Below, piece after piece: positions 36,073 to 38,123 of a stretch of DNA of 38,123 nt; position 1 is the first letter of the stretch; every line of letters begins with the position of its first letter. The stretch comes from a virus. Taxonomy: Duplodnaviria; Caudoviricetes. The translations under genes and the position numbers were made by a program. A model generated the notes under the pieces. The model saw nothing but the letters and a program-made list of their open reading frames with translations. It was not told the origin of the DNA and ran no database searches. The stretch is from positions 1-38,123 of the IMG/VR virus record IMGVR_UViG_3300010214_000033; one strand, given 5' to 3'.

Positions 36073-36246
36073 ATGAATGAAATTAGGTGCGGCAGCTGCC
36101 GCCGCAAACTGGCCGAGGGCGAATACATCCGCCTCACCATCAAATGCCCCCGCTGTGGAGCATTCAATCAGCTGAGCGCCCAGAGCGCCTTTCCCGAACG
36201 CCCTAGAGCGTCTACCGAAGGGAAAGAACGTGGCAAAAACCACTGA
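36073..36246 (+). CDS. com: Com-family zinc-finger translational activator (57 aa, absent from the ORF track)
   Basis: MNEIRCGSCRRKLAEGEYIRLTIKCPRCGAFN: CxxC...CPRC; at the right end as in Mu. Confidence 0.9.
   Translation: MNEIRCGSCRRKLAEGEYIRLTIKCPRCGAFNQLSAQSAFPERPRASTEGKERGKNH
36174..36232 (+). promoter_or_regulatory. Putative Com target and RBS-sequestering hairpin
   Basis: Four GARCGYC heptamers; CTTTCCC (36189-36195) complementary to GGGAAAG (36220-36226) just before GTG 36230. Confidence 0.65.
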
Positions 36247-36400
36247 GACAGGAAAAACGGGCCAGCGCCCAGGAGAAAACGGGTTCAAGTACCGGCCCCA
36301 GTTCGGGCTGGTAATCAACTGCAAAGACGAATCTGAGCAGCAAAAAATCTATGCCAGGCTGACGAAGCAAGGCCTCAAGCTGAAGGTGGTGTGCGTATGA
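36230..36400 (+). CDS. Small hypothetical protein (56 aa, absent from the ORF track)
   Basis: GTG start overlapping com; ...FKYRPQFGLVINCKDESEQQKIYARLTKQGLKLKVVCV; ATGA-coupled to the next gene. Confidence 0.75.
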   Translation: MAKTTETGKTGQRPGENGFKYRPQFGLVINCKDESEQQKIYARLTKQGLKLKVVCV

Positions 36401-37530
36401 AGCTCAGCATTCAACACAGCTGCACGGACTTCGACAGCTACCGTGCAGCCCGCGTGAAATCGCTGTTCAACGTCGAGTCTGGCGCGAATTTCTCCCTTGA
36501 AGCGGAGCTGGACGTAGAGTGCGCGCCCTGGCAAATCGGCGTGATCGTTGGTCCCAGTGGCTCCGGCAAAACCAGCATGGGCCGTCAATTCTGGGGCGCA
36601 GAGGCCATCTACAACCCCCAGTGGCCTTCTGACCAGCCCGTGATTGATGCCATCGACCCCCATGGCAGCTTTGATGCGGCCACCGCCGCTCTCTCTAGTG
36701 TGGGCTTGGGTAGCGTGCCGACCTGGCTGCGCCCATTTACCGTCCTGTCCAATGGAGAGCAGTTCCGCGCCAACCTGGCCAGGCTGATCGCGGAGGCACC
36801 AGCCCAAGCGGTGCTGGATGAGTTTTCCAGCGTGGTGGACCGCCAGATTGCCCAAATTGGCGCGGGCGCGTTTGCCAAGGCCTGGCGGCGTACAGGCGGG
36901 CAGGCAGTCCTCTTGAGCTGCCATTACGACATCCTTGACTGGGTGCAGCCAGACTGGGTCTTTGATACAGCCACAGGGCAGTTCACACGGGGGTGGCTTC
37001 GGCAGCGGCCACGCATTGACATGGAAATCCACCAATGCGGCTGGGAACACTGGCCGGTATTTGAGCCGCATCACTATCTGAAGCTGCCCAGGATGATCGC
37101 CGCAACCAACTATGTGGCCACGGTGAACGGCCAGCTCGTGGCCCACCTGGCCGTGAGCACGCGCAGCCGCACCGAAGCCAGGGCTTGCCGCCTGGTGGTC
37201 ATGCCTGAATGGCAGGGAGCTGGCGTGGGCCTGCGCTTCCTGGACGCTGTCTGCGAAATGTGGCGCACGGGGAATAACCGGTACGAGAGGCCCATGCTGA
37301 CCCTGTTCCATACCAGTCATCCGGGGCTGGCCAGCGCGTTACGGCGCTCCGGCCGATGGACGCAGGTATCTGCCGCCCTGGTCGGGGAAAGCAAAGCCAG
37401 GTGCATGGAAAGCATTAAGCGGTCTCACCAACGCGCCGGTGACGGCGGCTTTAGGGGCGGCACTGGCTACGGCGGCCACTTTCGGGCAGTTCAAGGGTTT
37501 CGCTACTTGGGGGAGGCACCATGCGCGTGA
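36397..37530 (+). CDS. ABC-type ATPase fused to a GNAT acyltransferase domain (mom-position gene)
   Basis: GPSGSGKT, LSNGEQFR, VLDEF, LSCH; GNAT motif A RLVVMPEWQGAGVG. Confidence 0.88.
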   Translation: MKLSIQHSCTDFDSYRAARVKSLFNVESGANFSLEAELDVECAPWQIGVIVGPSGSGKTSMGRQFWGAEAIYNPQWPSDQPVIDAIDPHGSFDAATAALSSVGLGSVPTWLRPFTVLSNGEQFRANLARLIAEAPAQAVLDEFSSVVDRQIAQIGAGAFAKAWRRTGGQAVLLSCHYDILDWVQPDWVFDTATGQFTRGWLRQRPRIDMEIHQCGWEHWPVFEPHHYLKLPRMIAATNYVATVNGQLVAHLAVSTRSRTEARACRLVVMPEWQGAGVGLRFLDAVCEMWRTGNNRYERPMLTLFHTSHPGLASALRRSGRWTQVSAALVGESKARCMESIKRSHQRAGDGGFRGGTGYGGHFRAVQGFRYLGEAPCA

Positions 37531-38123
37531 TGATCATTGGCCAGCGCTGGCTGGCGGCCGAATTGTTCAAGCTGTGCCAGGCGCGTGGCGACGATATCGC
37601 GGCGGTTTCCTCGCCCCGCATGGATGACCGGCTTGCCATTGAAGCCGCAAGGGCGGGCGTCCCTGTGTGCCAGGTCACCGGCCGCCTGAGCGCCGACTGG
37701 GTGCCTGACGGTGTTGACCTGCTGCTCTGCGCGCATGCCCATATATATATAGAGGCTGGTGCCAGGGCCAAGGCTCGGCTGGGGGCGCTGGGCTATCACC
37801 CCAGCCTATTGCCACGGCATAGAGGCCGCGACGCGGTGCGCTGGGCCATTCATATGGGCGACAAGGTGACTGGCGGCTCTGCTTACTGGATGGATGATGG
37901 CGCGGACACAGGCCCCATCGCTGCTCAGGAGTGGTGCTGGGTTCAGCCTGGCGATACGCCAGCAGAGCTTTGGCGTAGGGATCTGGCCCCCATGGGCCTG
38001 CGCCTGTTTGAGACGGCCCTCTCTAATATAGATTGGGGCGCTTCCAAATCGGTCCCCCAGTTGGAAGCCATGGCCACCTGGGAGCCTGCATTCATTTCAA
38101 AGAGCTTGAGCGCTCAGAAGTGA
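37521..38123 (+). CDS. Stand-alone formyltransferase (Fmt/PurN N-terminal domain)
   Basis: YHPSLLPRHRG, TGGSAYWMDDGADTGPI; GGAGG RBS; 10-nt overlap with the previous gene; no Fmt C-terminal domain. Confidence 0.9.
   Translation: MRVMIIGQRWLAAELFKLCQARGDDIAAVSSPRMDDRLAIEAARAGVPVCQVTGRLSADWVPDGVDLLLCAHAHIYIEAGARAKARLGALGYHPSLLPRHRGRDAVRWAIHMGDKVTGGSAYWMDDGADTGPIAAQEWCWVQPGDTPAELWRRDLAPMGLRLFETALSNIDWGASKSVPQLEAMATWEPAFISKSLSAQK

Larger units (their letters stand above)
1..38123. mobile_element. Mu-like transposable prophage (B3/BcepMu-type layout, siphovirus-type tail); ends not visible
   Basis: DDE transposase plus MuB-like ATPase, gemA, mor, Mu gp25-gp37 head cluster, com at the right end; no tail sheath or baseplate genes. 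Confidence 0.95.

Noticed and set aside
36349-37320. 323-aa minus-strand ORF over the ATPase-GNAT gene
   Set aside because: The plus strand carries clear catalytic motifs; this is a shadow ORF
1-38123. CRISPR array, tRNA, DGR or invertase system
   Set aside because: No regularly spaced repeats, cloverleaf, reverse transcriptase or recombinase motifs seen by eye

Overview
Nearly complete Mu-like (transposable) prophage, about 62-63% GC by eye, probably from a betaproteobacterial host such as Comamonadaceae (inference). The layout is B3/BcepMu-like. A leftward early operon (Ner-like DNA-binding protein, DUF3102, DDE transposase, MuB-like ATPase, DUF3164, DUF2528, gemA, mor) diverges from a central XRE repressor and two accessory genes. 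To the right lie lysis genes (holin, SLT endolysin, Rz with embedded Rz1), Mu gp25-gp37-type packaging and head genes, and a non-contractile tail (tube, -1 frameshift chaperone, 2025-aa tape measure, compact tail tip). The most striking locus is the right end, where Mu carries com-mom. Here com is followed by a translationally coupled three-gene cassette: a 56-aa protein, an ABC-ATPase/GNAT fusion and a stand-alone formyltransferase. A Com-type RBS-sequestering hairpin lies within com and a candidate antisense RNA lies upstream. This is a candidate novel DNA hypermodification system. Other points of interest: a MuF-nuclease fusion with a convergent small structured RNA, a 20-bp late-promoter repeat, a gyrase-site-like element, a nested antisense gene pair, a second terminase-small-subunit-like HTH gene and an AbiGi-like moron. 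The phage ends (att L/R) were not identified. All family assignments come from motif recognition, not database searches.
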